A stretch of DNA of 41,094 nucleotides from Octopus sinensis (lineage: Eukaryota): assembly GCF_006345805.1 (NCBI RefSeq), contig NW_021835239.1:1-41094 (forward strand), given 5' to 3'. Shown piece after piece: positions 1 to 12,318 of the stretch. The notes below the pieces were generated by a model. It had not been told where the DNA came from and made no database searches. It saw nothing but the letters and a program-made list of their open reading frames with translations. The first letter of the stretch is position 1; every line of letters starts with the position of its first letter. The position numbers and the translations under genes are program-made.

Positions 1-2540
1 AATTGCATAATATATTACGTAATTTATTGCATAATCTCAAGTACCCCCATATTCGACAGTTAGGTACTCCCCCAAATTGCATAATCTCAAATACCTGCAT
101 ATGCTCACATCGAGGAGCCTCCCAAAATTGCATAATATATTACGTAATCTATTGCATAATCTCAAGTACCCCCATTATCGAACATTTAGGGACCTCGCAA
201 AATTGCATAATATATTACGTAGTTTATTGCATAATCTCAAGTACCCCCATTTTCGAACAGTTAGGGACCTCCCAAAATTGCATAATATATTACGTAATTT
301 ATTGCATAATCTCAAGTACCCCCATATTCGAACAGTTAGTAACCTCCCAAAATTGCATAATATATTACGCAATTTATTGCATAATCTCAAATACCTTCAT
401 ATGCTCACATCTAGGGAGCTCCCAAAATTGCATAATATATTACGTAATTTATTGCATAATCTCAAGTACCCCCATATTCGAACAGTTAGGTACCTCCCAA
501 AATTGCATAATATATTACGTAATTTATTGCATAATCTCAAGTACCCCCTATTCGAACATTTAGGGACCTCCAAAATTGCATAATATATTACGTAATTTAT
601 TGCATAATCTCAAGTACCCCCATATTCGAACATTTAGGGACCTCCCAAAATTGCATAATATATTACGTAATTTATTGCATAATCTCAAGTACCCCCCATA
701 TTCGAACAGTTAGGGACCTCCCAAAATTGCATAATATATTACGTAATTTATTGCATAATCTCAAGTACCCCCATTTTCGAACAGTTAGGGACCTCCCAAA
801 ATTGGATAATATATTACGTAAATTATTGCATAATCTCAAGTACCCCCATATTCGAACAGTTAGGAACCTCCCAAAATTGCATAAAATATTACGTAATTTA
901 TTGCATAATCTCAAGTACCCCCATATTCGAACATTTAGGGACCTCCCAAAATTGCATAATATATTACGTAATTTATTGCATAATCTCAAGTACCCCCATA
1001 TTCGACAGTTAGGGACCTCCCAAAATTACATAATATATTACGTAATTTATTGCATAATCTCAAGTATCCCCATTTTCGAACAGTTAGGGACCACCCAAAA
1101 TTTCATAATATATTACGTAATTTATTGCATAATCTCAAGTACCCCCATATTCGAACATTTAGGGAGCTCCCAAAATTGCATAATATATTACGTAATTTAT
1201 TGCATAATCTCAAGTATTCCCATATTCGAACATTTAGGGACCTCCCAAAATTGCATAATATATTACGTAATTTATTGCATAATCTCAAGTATTCCCATAT
1301 TCGAACAGTTAGGGACCTCCCAAAATTACATAATATATTACGTAATTTATTGCATAATCTCAAGTATCCCCATTTTCGAACAGTTAGGGACCACCCAAAA
1401 TTTCATAATATATTACGTAATTTATTGCATAATCTCAAGTACCCCCATATTCGAACATTTAGGGAGCTCCCAAAATTGCATAATATATTACGTAATTTAT
1501 TGCATAATCTCAAGTACCCCCATATTCGAACATTTAGGGACCTCCCAAAATTGCATAATATATTACGCAATTTATTGCATAATCTCAAATACCTGCATAT
1601 GCTCACATCTAGGGACCTCCCAAAATTGCATAATATATTACGTAATTTATTGCATAATCTCAAGTACCCCCATATTCGAACATTTAGGGACCTCCCAAAA
1701 TTGCATAATATATTACGTAATTTATTGCATAATCTCAAGTATCCCCATATTCGAACAGTTAGGAACCTCCCAAAATTGCATAATATATTACGTAATTTAT
1801 TGCATAATCTCAAGTACCCCCATATTCGAACAGTTAGGGACCTCCCAAAACTTCATAATATATTACGTAATTTATTGCATAATCTCAAGTACCCCCATAT
1901 TCGAACAGTTAGCAACCTCCCAAAATTGCATAATATATTACGTAATTTATTGCATAATCTCAAGTACCCCCATATTCGAACAGTTAGGAACCTCCCAAAA
2001 TTGCATAATATATTACGCAATTTATTGCATAATCTCAAATACCTTCATATGCTCACATCTAGGGAGCTCCCAAAATTGCATAATATATTACGTAATTTAT
2101 TGCATAATCTCAAGTACCCCCATATTCGAACAGTTAGGTACCTCCCAAAATTGCATAATCTCAAATACCTGCATATGCTCACATCTAGGGAGCTCCCAAA
2201 ATTGCATAATATATTACGTAATCTATTGCATAATCTCAAGTACCCCCATATCGAACATTTAGGGACCTCGCAAAATTGCATAATATATTACGTAATTTAT
2301 TGCATAATCTCAAGTACCCCCATATTCGAACAGTTAGGGACCTCCCAAAATTGCATAATATATTACGTAATTTATTGCATAATCTCAAGTACCCCCATAT
2401 TCGAACAGTTAGGGACCTCCCAAAATTGCATAATATATTACGCAATTTATTGCATAATCTCAAATACCTGCATATGCTCACATCTAGGGAGCTCCCAAAA
2501 TTGCATAAAATATTACGTAATTTATTGCATAATCTCAAGT
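1..2540. repeat. 75-bp tandem satellite, about 34 units, runs off the window start
   Basis: Unit approx. GGGACCTCCCAAAATTGCATAATATATTACGTAATTTATTGCATAATCTCAAGTACCCCCATATTCGAACAGTTA. A recurrent variant unit ends AATACCT(G/T)CATATGCTCACATCTAGGGAGCT. The 25-aa periodicity in the ORF track reflects the 75-bp unit. Confidence 0.97.
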
Positions 2541-2648
2541 AATGAGTATAAAATTTAAAACTATTATATTTGTTATTATGCATAAAAATAAACAACCCTG
2601 TTTTTAACTGTTAGAGTAATTCCTGCTTTCCGAAAATCATCTCTATAT

Positions 2649-2785
2649 GTCGCTTCTCGGCCTTTTGGCTAAAATCAAAGTGTAGTATCTGTTCTTTTCA
2701 GCTTTATATCTGGGACGCCCTTACACGGGGCAAGATATAATGCTTATTTATGTGCCTTGGTATGTGTTGCGAAGCTTGCTTCCTC
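2649..2785 (+). ncRNA. U2: U2 spliceosomal snRNA (gene or 3'-truncated copy)
   Basis: GTCGCTTCTCGGCCTTTTGGCTAAAATCAAAGTGTAGTATCTGTTCTTTTCAG closely matches the universal U2 5' end, including the branch-point pairing sequence GTAGTA. An Sm-like TATTTTATG follows at ~2744-2752. The 3' end is uncertain. Confidence 0.9.
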
Positions 2786-2786
2786 C

Positions 2787-2824
2787 TCATAAACCGAGGT
2801 TGTATCATAAACCGAGGTTCGCTG
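2787..2824. repeat. Duplicated 15-mer TCATAAACCGAGGTT resembling a Tigger/pogo terminal repeat
   Basis: Direct repeat at 2787-2801 and 2805-2819. The reverse complement of the second copy plus flank reads CAGCGAACCTCGGTTTATGA, which is pogo-TIR-like. Confidence 0.45.
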
Positions 2825-2885
2825 AAAACCTAATTAACAGTACTTTAAGTAAAAAATAGTTATAACAGATAGAACGGTTCATAAG

Positions 2886-4281
2886 TTATACTTTTTTGAA
2901 ATAATGCGTAATCTTTTCTCCAAAACGATTTTTATCCCGTAAATTAATTATTATTTTTTTCCTTAAACCGCAGAAATCATTTAATAATTCTGAAGAAAGT
3001 TTGCATATATTTTCCTCCATATTATTAATAAGAGTCAGTGGATCTATGATGTCTGTTGATTCAGGCCCATTATAAAAATTTATTTCGCTTTCAAGCAATT
3101 CTTCGACAAAGACTTCGTTCACCATTTCTGTCACGTCCGTATGAATCTTCGAATTGATATTTATTGTTTCCTCCCATTTACACTTAAAAATTTTTTTCCA
3201 ACAATTTTGAATTTGATTTGAAGTTACATTGGCCCAGGCTTTAGAAATTAGTTGCATCACATTCCATAAATTGAAACTTTTGATTGCTTCCAAAAAATTG
3301 CTTCTATTTTCACAAATGCATACGAATTCGATAAGTAAATAACTGTAATTTGTCTTCAGTGCTTTAATTATGCCCATATCCAATGGCTGAACTAACGATG
3401 TAGTGTTTTTAGGTAAATATAAAAATTCAATGTTTGAATAATCGGATAGTCTATGAGAACTAGCATTATCCAACAACATTAATATTTTTCGGGTTTCAGA
3501 AAGTATTCTGGTATTTAATTTAAAAACCCAGCTTTTAAAAATTTCAGTTGTCATCCACGAATTTTTAGAAAAAGAGTACATGACGTTAAAAACATCAGGA
3601 TTGAATTGTTTTAAACACCGAGGGTTTCGATATTTGCCGATAATTAAAGGCTCCAGTTTCTCTCCAAGATAACTGCAGCATACAAGCAGGCTAACCCTTT
3701 CCTTGTGCTGCTTAAAACCAAACGAATTTTGACCACATTGTACAAATGACTTAGTTGGTGTATTTTTGAAATAAAGTGCAGTTTCGTCGCAATTAAATAC
3801 ATTTTCTTTACCGTAATAAACAACTTTTGTATCTAATCCTTGGAAAAAATGAGGGAGCATGGATGTATCTGCGGAACCCTTTTCACCACACAATGTTTTG
3901 TATTGTAAATTATGTCGTTTCTTGAATCTTTGAAGCCAACCATTAGACGATTTGAAATTATTCAATAATAATTTTGAAGCGACCATCGACCCAATTTTCT
4001 TAATGGTCGGTCCAGATAAGGGAACTTTTTCAAGTCGCAATTTATGAAAAATTTCGAAAACTTTAAGATCGAGATTTTTAAGCTTTTCAGAATCACTAGT
4101 TTGCTGGATAAATCAGAATAAATAGTTCCATTATCAAGAAAAGGGAAATCTTTTTTTATACGTGAAATTGTAGCCCTGCTAACTTTGAAAATTTCCGCAA
4201 TTCTGCGCTCTGAAAGCTGGTTCCGTTTAATATATTGGGCTATTTCGAGTTTTTTTCGTGATCAATTTTCAATTTAGGCAT
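2886..4281 (-). mobile_element. pogo/Tigger-family transposase: DDE_1 ORF 2886-4040 intact, N-terminal HTH frameshifted
   Basis: Motifs SNGWLQRFKKRH, FNCDETALY, LLDNASSH and VQPLDMGII (DD29D by my count). Upstream frame from ATG 4281 reads MPKLKIDHEKKLEIA...VSRATISRIKK. A TIR-like ATAACGAGGTCTA lies at ~4427-4439. Confidence 0.9.
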
Positions 4282-4459
4282 CTAGAAAACATAGAACAGT
4301 GGAAAATACTTCAACAAAGATAACAACGCGACAAGGAAAAATTCTTTCAAATAAACGATAAAAAATATAAAATAAAAATAATGATATTACAAAATATTTA
4401 ATTTATAGCAATTTTTAGATGGCTCATAACGAGGTCTATTTTTAATTGATTTTTACAAA

Positions 4460-5790
4460 CCCCTTAGGTATCAAATAAGTAACACCAGTGCACAACCAGC
4501 TTGGGATACTATCCGGGGACGCTATACACTTCTCGATTATATTAAACATACAATCGTGCAATGAGGTACAGCGTTTTATAAAGAAATTAAATACTTTATC
4601 AATCCCGGTAGTTTTCCAATCTGGAAAGAGGGAAACTGCCTCATCGAACTTCTTGCGAATGTCAAAGACACCGCAAGACTCGGTCATCAAGGGTCTGGTG
4701 GACTCTAGGCTAAAGTCCACTTTTCCCTTGCGAGGTCGGACTTTCCACATACTCCCCCATGTGGCTAACATCTCCGAGTCTTGCTGGCTATCCTCCTTCA
4801 CCCCATCATCGTGTAAACGACGATAAAACATCCTGCGATTAAACTCAAACAGGTTGTTCTATCGATTATGTTTACACCTCGAATCATAGGTAGAGAGTTT
4901 CTTCTTGTAAACAAGAGTCCAGCCTCATTAATCACACCCGAAACGAGAAAGTGTGTAGTGGAGGGTGTGCGTAGTAGGGCGGCAATGTTATGTAAGACTC
5001 GGCTCAATGCACGGAACTTATTTAATGCCTTGAACGAGTACGCCATCTCATTGCTAAACTACTACGTTGGCCTGATCGAATTCGAGCCGAGTGAGTACGA
5101 TGAAATGGACCTTATTGTCCGAAGAGTGCTCCGAGAGAATCACGTCCACGTGTTGGCAAGCAATAAGGAGAGATTGTACTTGTCTCGCGGGCAGCTAGGA
5201 CGTGGACTGAGTAACATCGTACACTTAAGTGAGCGAATTCTTACTAAGAGGCACGACACCTTGTGGAGTGGGTCGAGTGTATCCCAAAGGAAGGCTGCCA
5301 TCCTTGCTGCTGAAAAATCGCGTGGTACACACCTAGGGACCATAAAAGGCTATGTGTCGGCTAAGTATGGTCTAGGTGCTACCCAAGTTAATGTGAAGGA
5401 GTTGATCAAACTTCAAAAGGAGTCTTTAATTAAAAAGATCAACTTAAAAGTCATTCACAAGACTCATCCCGTGTGTGATGACATGGGATGGACTGGTCAC
5501 CAAATACCACAAGCGGTACATAAGACAGTTGGATGTAGATAAGTCTCTACAGGCTTATATACAGTCAACTGTTCTTAAGAGACTCTGGAAAGTGTCTCGT
5601 TTGATGCTCGCCGATCCAGCCCTTTCCTGACGTTTAGTCACCGAGAGGCGCTGGACTGCACCTTCTCGAAGGTCTACAGTGCCAGAGAAGAGGAGGAAGA
5701 AGGGGAGGAGGTGTGTGGAGTGCCATCTTCTGCTCACTTCGAAGGCTCTGGACTTAGTTAGTAAAATTACTTAGTTAATTAGTTTTTTTT
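4460..5790 (+). mobile_element. Decayed R4/Dong-like non-LTR retrotransposon with inverted 5' segment
   Basis: Minus strand ~4460-4905 encodes the RT N-part (FEFNRRMFYRR, PDWKTTGIDKVFNFFIK, WLCTGVTYLIPKG). Plus strand ~4905-5480 encodes the thumb (LFNALNEYAISLLNYY, KERLYLSRGQLGRGL), then a YIQSTVLK C-terminal remnant and AATAAA near 5791. Confidence 0.8.
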
Positions 5791-7631
5791 AATAAAGCTC
5801 GATGACCTTAATTTTTTAATTTTTTTCCTTTTTACTTTCTTATTAAAGAAATTAGAGAAACTTCATGTTAATTCTCAACATTTGCCAGGATTTGTCTCTG
5901 TATTGCAGTTAATTTAGCTGCAATATCCATTTGTCCCGCATTCATTGTTTTTTCAAATGTTTATTCACAGTTTTCAGAATCTTCTAAAACATTTAGATTT
6001 TAGAGGGGAGGATGTATACAGATAATGTGCTTGTCATTGACTTATCATTATATAAGTTCACAAATTTTCTTATTAGCGATATCTTATAAATAGTATTAAG
6101 TTAGCCAATTTTTGTTTAATTTATAAATAATTGTGATTTATTTACGGACTTGATAGAAGTGTCCAGTGATTGGTCCAAAATGCTCGAGAGGTGAAATATT
6201 TGTACAACCAGGATTAAAAAATATTGTTTTCATTACGCCTCGAGATATACGTGCAAAGTAATATATATTAAAAAAACAGTTTAATAAATATATCAATTTA
6301 ATTTCTAACCAATGAGTTATTCACAATAAAATATGACCTTTAATTATAATGGTGACACTTGTCCTATTTTTTGTGTGCTTTGTGATACAAAAAGACTGTG
6401 GCTTAACCCAAGGGTTTTTGAAGAATTGCTTAATTTGAAAGATTTCTTGATTTATACAACTGTATTTTCAATTGAGAAAATGCTGCGGGAGATGGGATAA
6501 TAATTAACATAGAGAGAAACGTTACATTTCCTAATGGAGAAATATTCTCCCATCTAGAACATTTGAGACAATTGTAATCAATATTTCTTTAATACTAGTA
6601 AGTGTAATGGAGACTCACTGAAGAAAATACTAAACAACTCATTTGATGGGTTGGATAAATTATTCTATATGTATATTTAAATATTTCGAATTATTAGAAA
6701 TCTGTATGATTGTAATAACCGCATTATCAAATCTGTACAAATCTTATTCTAACATTAAAGTCACATGCCATCAAAAACCATCTTTCAGTCGCCAAAAATC
6801 AGTCGTCGTGCCAGGCTTTAGTATTTTATATTACTGACTGTGTAGTTTTTATAAAGACCAGAAAGTGTGCATGTTCACAAACGGGTCCCAACCCACACTG
6901 TATACTTTGTTATTCTCATATAAGAATTACGACAGTGATGAATGAAGCAAATATGATGTTAGCCGACAACAGTGTGGAAATAAAATTAGATCAGAATCAG
7001 GAGACAACAGTAACTATGGAAGAAGCATTTGGTGTATTTGTATACTCACAATAGATTGTAGCTTTTGTGACCACCCGATCCCAGATAATATGATCTGCAC
7101 AAGTGAATGTAACTGAAAAAATATTCCAACGATATTCATTAACTAACCTAATTATTTATTATAATATTTCTTGTTTCCGCTTTTCTTTATTGTTACATGC
7201 ACTAGTCAGAATTAAAGGCAAACTTTCTTAAGTGATTGCAATTGCTATTTTTGAAAAGGGTCACCTGCGATCCATCCGAGCACCGGTATCGTGCCAAAAG
7301 AGTACAGCCGCGAGGATTGACGGGTGTTGTCGTTGACCTGACCATTAGCATTTTGACTACTTTCCTGGCTACTATCTAATTTTGTTTTTAGACTTTCATT
7401 ATACGAGTAATAACAATCAGGAAAAGCTTAATATCTATAAATTAGTGATCCAACGTGACTGTGACTTAACACAAATGTTTGGAAAAATCACTTAGGGCTT
7501 TAGATATTGTGATTTCATTGGAGAATGTTGCGAAACATTCAAAATTAATTTTAATTCAACATGACGTTGCATTTCCCTTTGGAAAAACATTCTCCAAATT
7601 ACAAAATTGAAACATTTGTAATCAACATTTT

Positions 7632-7895
7632 ACCAATTTCAAAATGTCATTTTTATCAATTCTATCCGTATAAAATATGTCTTAATTTTTTCTAAGTCCC
7701 ATCTTAAGCTATTTTTAATGGTTTTCGTGACTTCTGAAAAATTAGATATGTAAAAAACCAACAAACCCATCCATTAAAAGAATATTGATTAATTAACGTT
7801 TTTTATTAATTTTAGTGGTTATCCATTACAAATTAATTAAAAAAGTACTTTTATTAAAAAAACTACTAAGTTAAATTAAGAATATCAGCGTAATT
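7632..7895. repeat. Outer part of left inverted arm (reverse complement of ~14360-14627)
   Basis: ACCAATTTCAAAATGTCATTTTTATC...AATATCAGCGTAATT matches the reverse complement of AATTACGCTGATATT...GACATTTTGAAATTGGT at roughly 90% identity by eye. Confidence 0.92.
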
Positions 7896-8977
7896 GAATT
7901 TGTTGTTGTGGTGTTGTGCATGTCCGTTTTTATTAATAAGAAGAAAACGAATCCCATGGGCCTTTCTGCAGAATCAAATAATAAAAACACTATAGTGGAT
8001 GCAGGAGTGTTGTCTCTGGGGCTGGATAACGGCACAAGAACTAATATTAACAATAATCCTACAGTTGGAAGTCGTGCTGCACCAACTAACTTTCATTCCC
8101 TGTCCGCCATTATTAAGGATGTCAAGTGTGTCTCTGAGACTGAATGGGTGTCTCAGGTGTTCGATGCTATCAAAGAAAGATTTGGAAGGATGCCTAGAGG
8201 TGGCTGGGATCTCATTCTGAAAGAGTTCAATGAAAAATACTTAAAGTGCTCAAGTCTATATCAACTAAAAAAAATGGTCAAACCACCAAATGGGAATCAA
8301 AATGTAGGGAAAAGAGGCGATTGTAGTGAAGGAAAATCAAACATGAATATTGAAATTTCTAACTTCAAGAATTGCCTAGAAGAACTCAAAGTCCAACTCG
8401 AAAAAATCAAATCTATTCCTAGAGAGTCTCGAAAACCTACCCCAAAAATCCAAAAAATAAAGTGAAGACTAATATTCTGTCTGGATTGAATTCTGCAATT
8501 TATCGTATTACAGAAGATAATCCTCCACAAAATATGGATCAGATTACAGACATATTATATGCTGCACAGTGTGCTTATTTGGCCTTAACTATAAGACCTA
8601 AAACAAAAAGCACATGGTTGGAAAATACAGAAAACAAAATTTCGAAATTAGCAGCTGAAATTAAATTAGTGAATTCCTTTTCGAGACAAGCATTACCTCA
8701 ATCTGAAAAGAAAAATGTAATGGATATTCTTTGCCGCTACGGGTATAAGAAATCTAAAAAGGGAGAGCTAATGAGAATTGAGGCCTTAATGAATGATCTA
8801 ATCAGAATTAAAGAGAAACAAATATTTCATTCTATCTGAATTTCTTGACGAAGATATTAATTCGAGGAAAGAGTTCCGAAAAGACAATGCGTGCTTCGAA
8901 TTAAACCGCAGAAGGTTTTACCGAAACTTATCGTCGAATAATGAAGTAACCTTATATGGCTTGATGATGATGACTGT

Positions 8978-9883
8978 TTGTTATTCTGGGAGAACGTCTG
9001 GAGAAAGAAAAATATGGATCACGTTTCGTATAATTGTGTGGATGTGAGGTCTACCGGTGGTGAAGCTATGGAACCTCAATTCACAAATGAGTTGGTTAAA
9101 GATATGCTCAAATATGTGCCTGATTGGAAGGCGTGCGGATGCGATGGAACATATAACTTTTTCATCAAGAAAATGGAATCATTACATGAATTCTTGTGTA
9201 ATGAAGTAATCAGGATAATCAAGGGTGAGTACATGCCAGAGAGTTGGTTTTACACGGGATTAACTTACTTGATTCCAAAAAAGGATGATTGTGAGAATCC
9301 AAAGGATTTACGTCCTATAACGTGTATGCCAACTTTGTACAAGCTTGTAACGAAGTGTGTAAATGTTAAACTCTGTGACTTTGTGGATGGATTTGGGCTG
9401 ATTTCAGACAATCAACTCGGAACCAGAAAGCAATGTCAGGGTGCGAAAGAGCAAGCACTTATTAACCAATGCTTGAACAAGGAATATGGAAACAGTCTGT
9501 ACTCTTCTTGGGTGGATGTAAAGAAAGCCTTTGACTCGGTTGATCACCAATTTTTATTCCACATATTGGACAGCTCTGGAATTCCACTCTGGATTATTAA
9601 CTTTGTGAAAAGTATAGTCAAGAAGTGGAAAGTAAATCTACATCTTGATGGAAGAAAAATTGGTTCAGTAAAGCTAACCCGAGGAATTTTGCAAGGAGAT
9701 TCATTATCCCCATTGCTATTTGTTATGGTAATGGATCCCCTAAGCAGGATCCTGAACTTTAAATTTCCCAAATTGCAAATTAATCAGGAGGATCTAAATA
9801 TGTTGACATATTCTACCAATCACCTATTTTTTATTGACGATCTAAAGATATTTGCTCTTAAAGAGAAACTGTTATTAAAATGA
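8978..9883 (+). pseudogene. Reverse transcriptase domain of the R4-like element
   Basis: PDWKACGCDG, LRPITCMPTLYK, VDVKKAFDSV, GILQGDSLSPLLF, HLFFIDDLK. Confidence 0.92.
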
Positions 9884-10820
9884 TGGAAGCTGTTAAAGAA
9901 TTTTTTGACATTGTTGGCCTGGAGATGAACTCTGAAAAATCGGCCTCTAATGTCAAATCTTTATCATGCTGTGAGACTTTGGAAGGAATCAATGGATATC
10001 GCTATTTGGGCGTATTTGAAGATGGAGGAAGTAATGTCCTCAAGAATAAGTTATGAATTCAATAATGGAGAATGTAAAAAAAAGAATAACTATGTTGTCA
10101 AAAACAAAGTTGAATTCGGTGAACTTATTCTATGTCATAAATGAATATGCATTGTCCCTATATAATTATTATATTGGGCTAATAATATTGAGCCATATGA
10201 ATTTGATGACATTGATAAACAAATACGTCGACTGCTCATGACACTCAAGTTACATCTCCAGCCTGCAAATAAAGAAAGGCTGTCTTTAGACCGCAAAACT
10301 TTTGGAAGAGGACTTGCCTCCATCTCGTTCAAGAGCGAATTAATACTCATGCAATTCCTTAAAAGCTTGGAAAAACAGTCGGCTGTGTGTTTGCGAAGGT
10401 CGGGGATTCTGCGAGTTATTAAAACAAAGAAATGGCATTGGCTACAATCGCAGGATTTCTTACCTCTAAATACGCTATTGCTGACACAGAAAGCATAGAT
10501 ATTAATTTTCTCAAAGACATTCAGAAAAAATATTTGCTAAACAAAATAAAGTCCAAGTCACTACACTCTGTTATGTTCAAATGCCTGGATGAATCAAATG
10601 TCGATCTTTCTACTTCCTCAGAATGGTTAGCCAAAGGAAATAATGGCCCCCGAAGTGAAGCATTATACTGCCTTCTGCAAGATAGAAATTTATTTTTTGC
10701 AAACACGAGGCCGTTATGCAATCACTGTAAAAAAAGTAAACAAACTGTTGATCATCTGGCCACTCAGTGTGGTAAAATGCTCAATAGCGATTACCTCCGA
10801 AGACATGACGAGGTGGTTAA

Positions 10821-11219
10821 ATGTGTCCATCTTCATATTTGTCGAATGTATGGAATCAAAAAGAGCAGAAATTAAAGACTCATTCAGTTCAGTCGATATT
10901 GTCAACTCAAAATATAGAAATTAGAGTTGACACGTCAATTATAACAGAAAATAAAGTCAACTTCAATAAACCGGATATCTTTGTTTATGACAAGATTAAA
11001 AAGGAAATAACCTTAATCGAGGTGGGCATAACATCTCAGGACCGCTTAAAACAAGTGGAAGTTGAGAAACTTCACAAATATGATTTCCTTGCAAATGAAC
11101 TATCACTACTCTACGAATGCCAAGTTAAAATTATTCCCGTGGTTCTGACCTGGGATGGTGTTGTCACAAGATGCTTCAAAATTATATGGATAAACTATAT
11201 ATTGAAAAATCTACAATGA
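10821..11219 (+). pseudogene. Restriction-like endonuclease domain of the R4-like element
   Basis: NKPDIFVYDKIKKEITLIEVGIT...EKLHKYD. Confidence 0.88.
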
Positions 11220-11534
11220 CATACATCCATCGGTTGTGCTCAAAAGGACGCTAGAGAGCATGATAATTGAACACAAGCATGGAATGAAGATAACTGGCGA
11301 GGAATATGCCTCTGCGACCGATCAACTAGTAGAAATGGCATGCCGCCAGGACACTCCATTCAAAGATAAAAGACGCACAAAACTGACGCAGAGATAGAGA
11401 ATGAAGAGGAACAAGCAGCAGACTCTTCTCCTAAAAGGAGAAGAGAGACTACCAATCAGGATTGAAAGTCCTATTTAAATATTTTAACCTTAATTAAATT
11501 TTGGTTTCGTAAATAAACTTGTTTCAGCGTAATT

Positions 11535-12170
11535 CTAAAAGCCAACACTAACCCTAACCTAACCCTAACCCCAACCAAACCCTAATTCCAACCTAACCTT
11601 AACCCTAACCAAACACTAACCCTAACCAAACCCTAACCCTAATTGTAACCAATCCAACCCTAACCCTAACCAACCCCTAAGGCTTAACGTAACCAACCCT
11701 AACCCTAATTGTAACCAATCCAACCCTAACCCTAACCAACCCCTAAGGCTTAACGTAACCAACCCTAATCCTAACCAACCCCTAAGGCTTAACGTAACCA
11801 ACCCTAACCCTAATTGTAACCAATCCAACCCTAACCCTAACCAACCCCTAAGGCTTAACGTAACCAACCCTAACCCTAATTGTAACCAATCCAACCCTAA
11901 CCCTAACCAACCCCTAAGGCTTAACGTAACCAACCCTAACCCTAATTGTAACCAATCCAACCCTAACCCTAACCAACCCCTAAGGCTAAACGTAACCAAC
12001 CCTAACCCTAACCAACCCCTAAGGCTTAACGTAACCAACCCTAACCCTAACCAACCCCTAAGGCTTAACGTAACCAACCCTAACCCTAATTGTAACCAAT
12101 CCAACCCTAACCCTAACCAACCCCTAAGGCTTAACGTAACCAACCCTAACCCTAATTGTAACCAATCCAA
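11535..12170. repeat. Telomere-like (CCCTAA-rich) minisatellite with 66- and 39-bp units
   Basis: Unit AACCCTAACCCTAATTGTAACCAATCCAACCCTAACCCTAACCAACCCCTAAGGCTTAACGTAACC. Confidence 0.95.
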
Positions 12171-12318
12171 TTAATTTCAAACTTTTACTAAATCCTAATT
12201 ATTAAAACCAGCTCTAACTTGACATAACCCCTATTAAGCCCTAACTTTACAAAGCTTTGTTTAAAAATCAACCAGATTTTGAACTTTATATTTGTAAAAA
12301 AAAATTTCTAAAATAAAG

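Larger units (their letters stand above)
7896..11523 (+). mobile_element. Near full-length R4/Dong-clade RLE non-LTR retrotransposon, frameshifted, with 11-bp TSD
   Basis: TSD TCAGCGTAATT at 7885-7895 and 11524-11534. It encodes RT, a CCHC finger (CNHC...DHLATQC), RHD and a PD-(D/E)xK endonuclease. AATAAA is at 11512-11517. Confidence 0.92.

Noticed and set aside
1-2540. CRISPR array
   Set aside because: There are no unique spacers; whole units repeat. The context is eukaryotic with no cas genes.
1-2595. 500-aa repeat ORFs (LPKLHNILRNLL... and GTSQNCIIYY...) as LRR-like proteins
   Set aside because: Several frames on both strands are open simply because the 75-bp unit is 3n and lacks stops in them. 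Indels switch frames freely.
2886-4281. Domesticated CENP-B-like gene beside a satellite
   Set aside because: The catalytic triad is retained, the N-terminus is frameshifted and a TIR-like end is present, all consistent with a plain pogo copy.
6934-7115. C/D box snoRNA (GTGATGA...CTGA)
   Set aside because: Short boxes occur by chance in AT-rich DNA. I saw no terminal stem or guide complementarity.
5800-7630. Host protein-coding gene
   Set aside because: Only short stop-riddled frames with no recognisable motif. A gene fragmented by tiny introns cannot be fully excluded without RNA-seq.
11622-12170. Gly/Leu/Trp-rich 182-aa ORF
   Set aside because: It is a translation of the telomere-like minisatellite.
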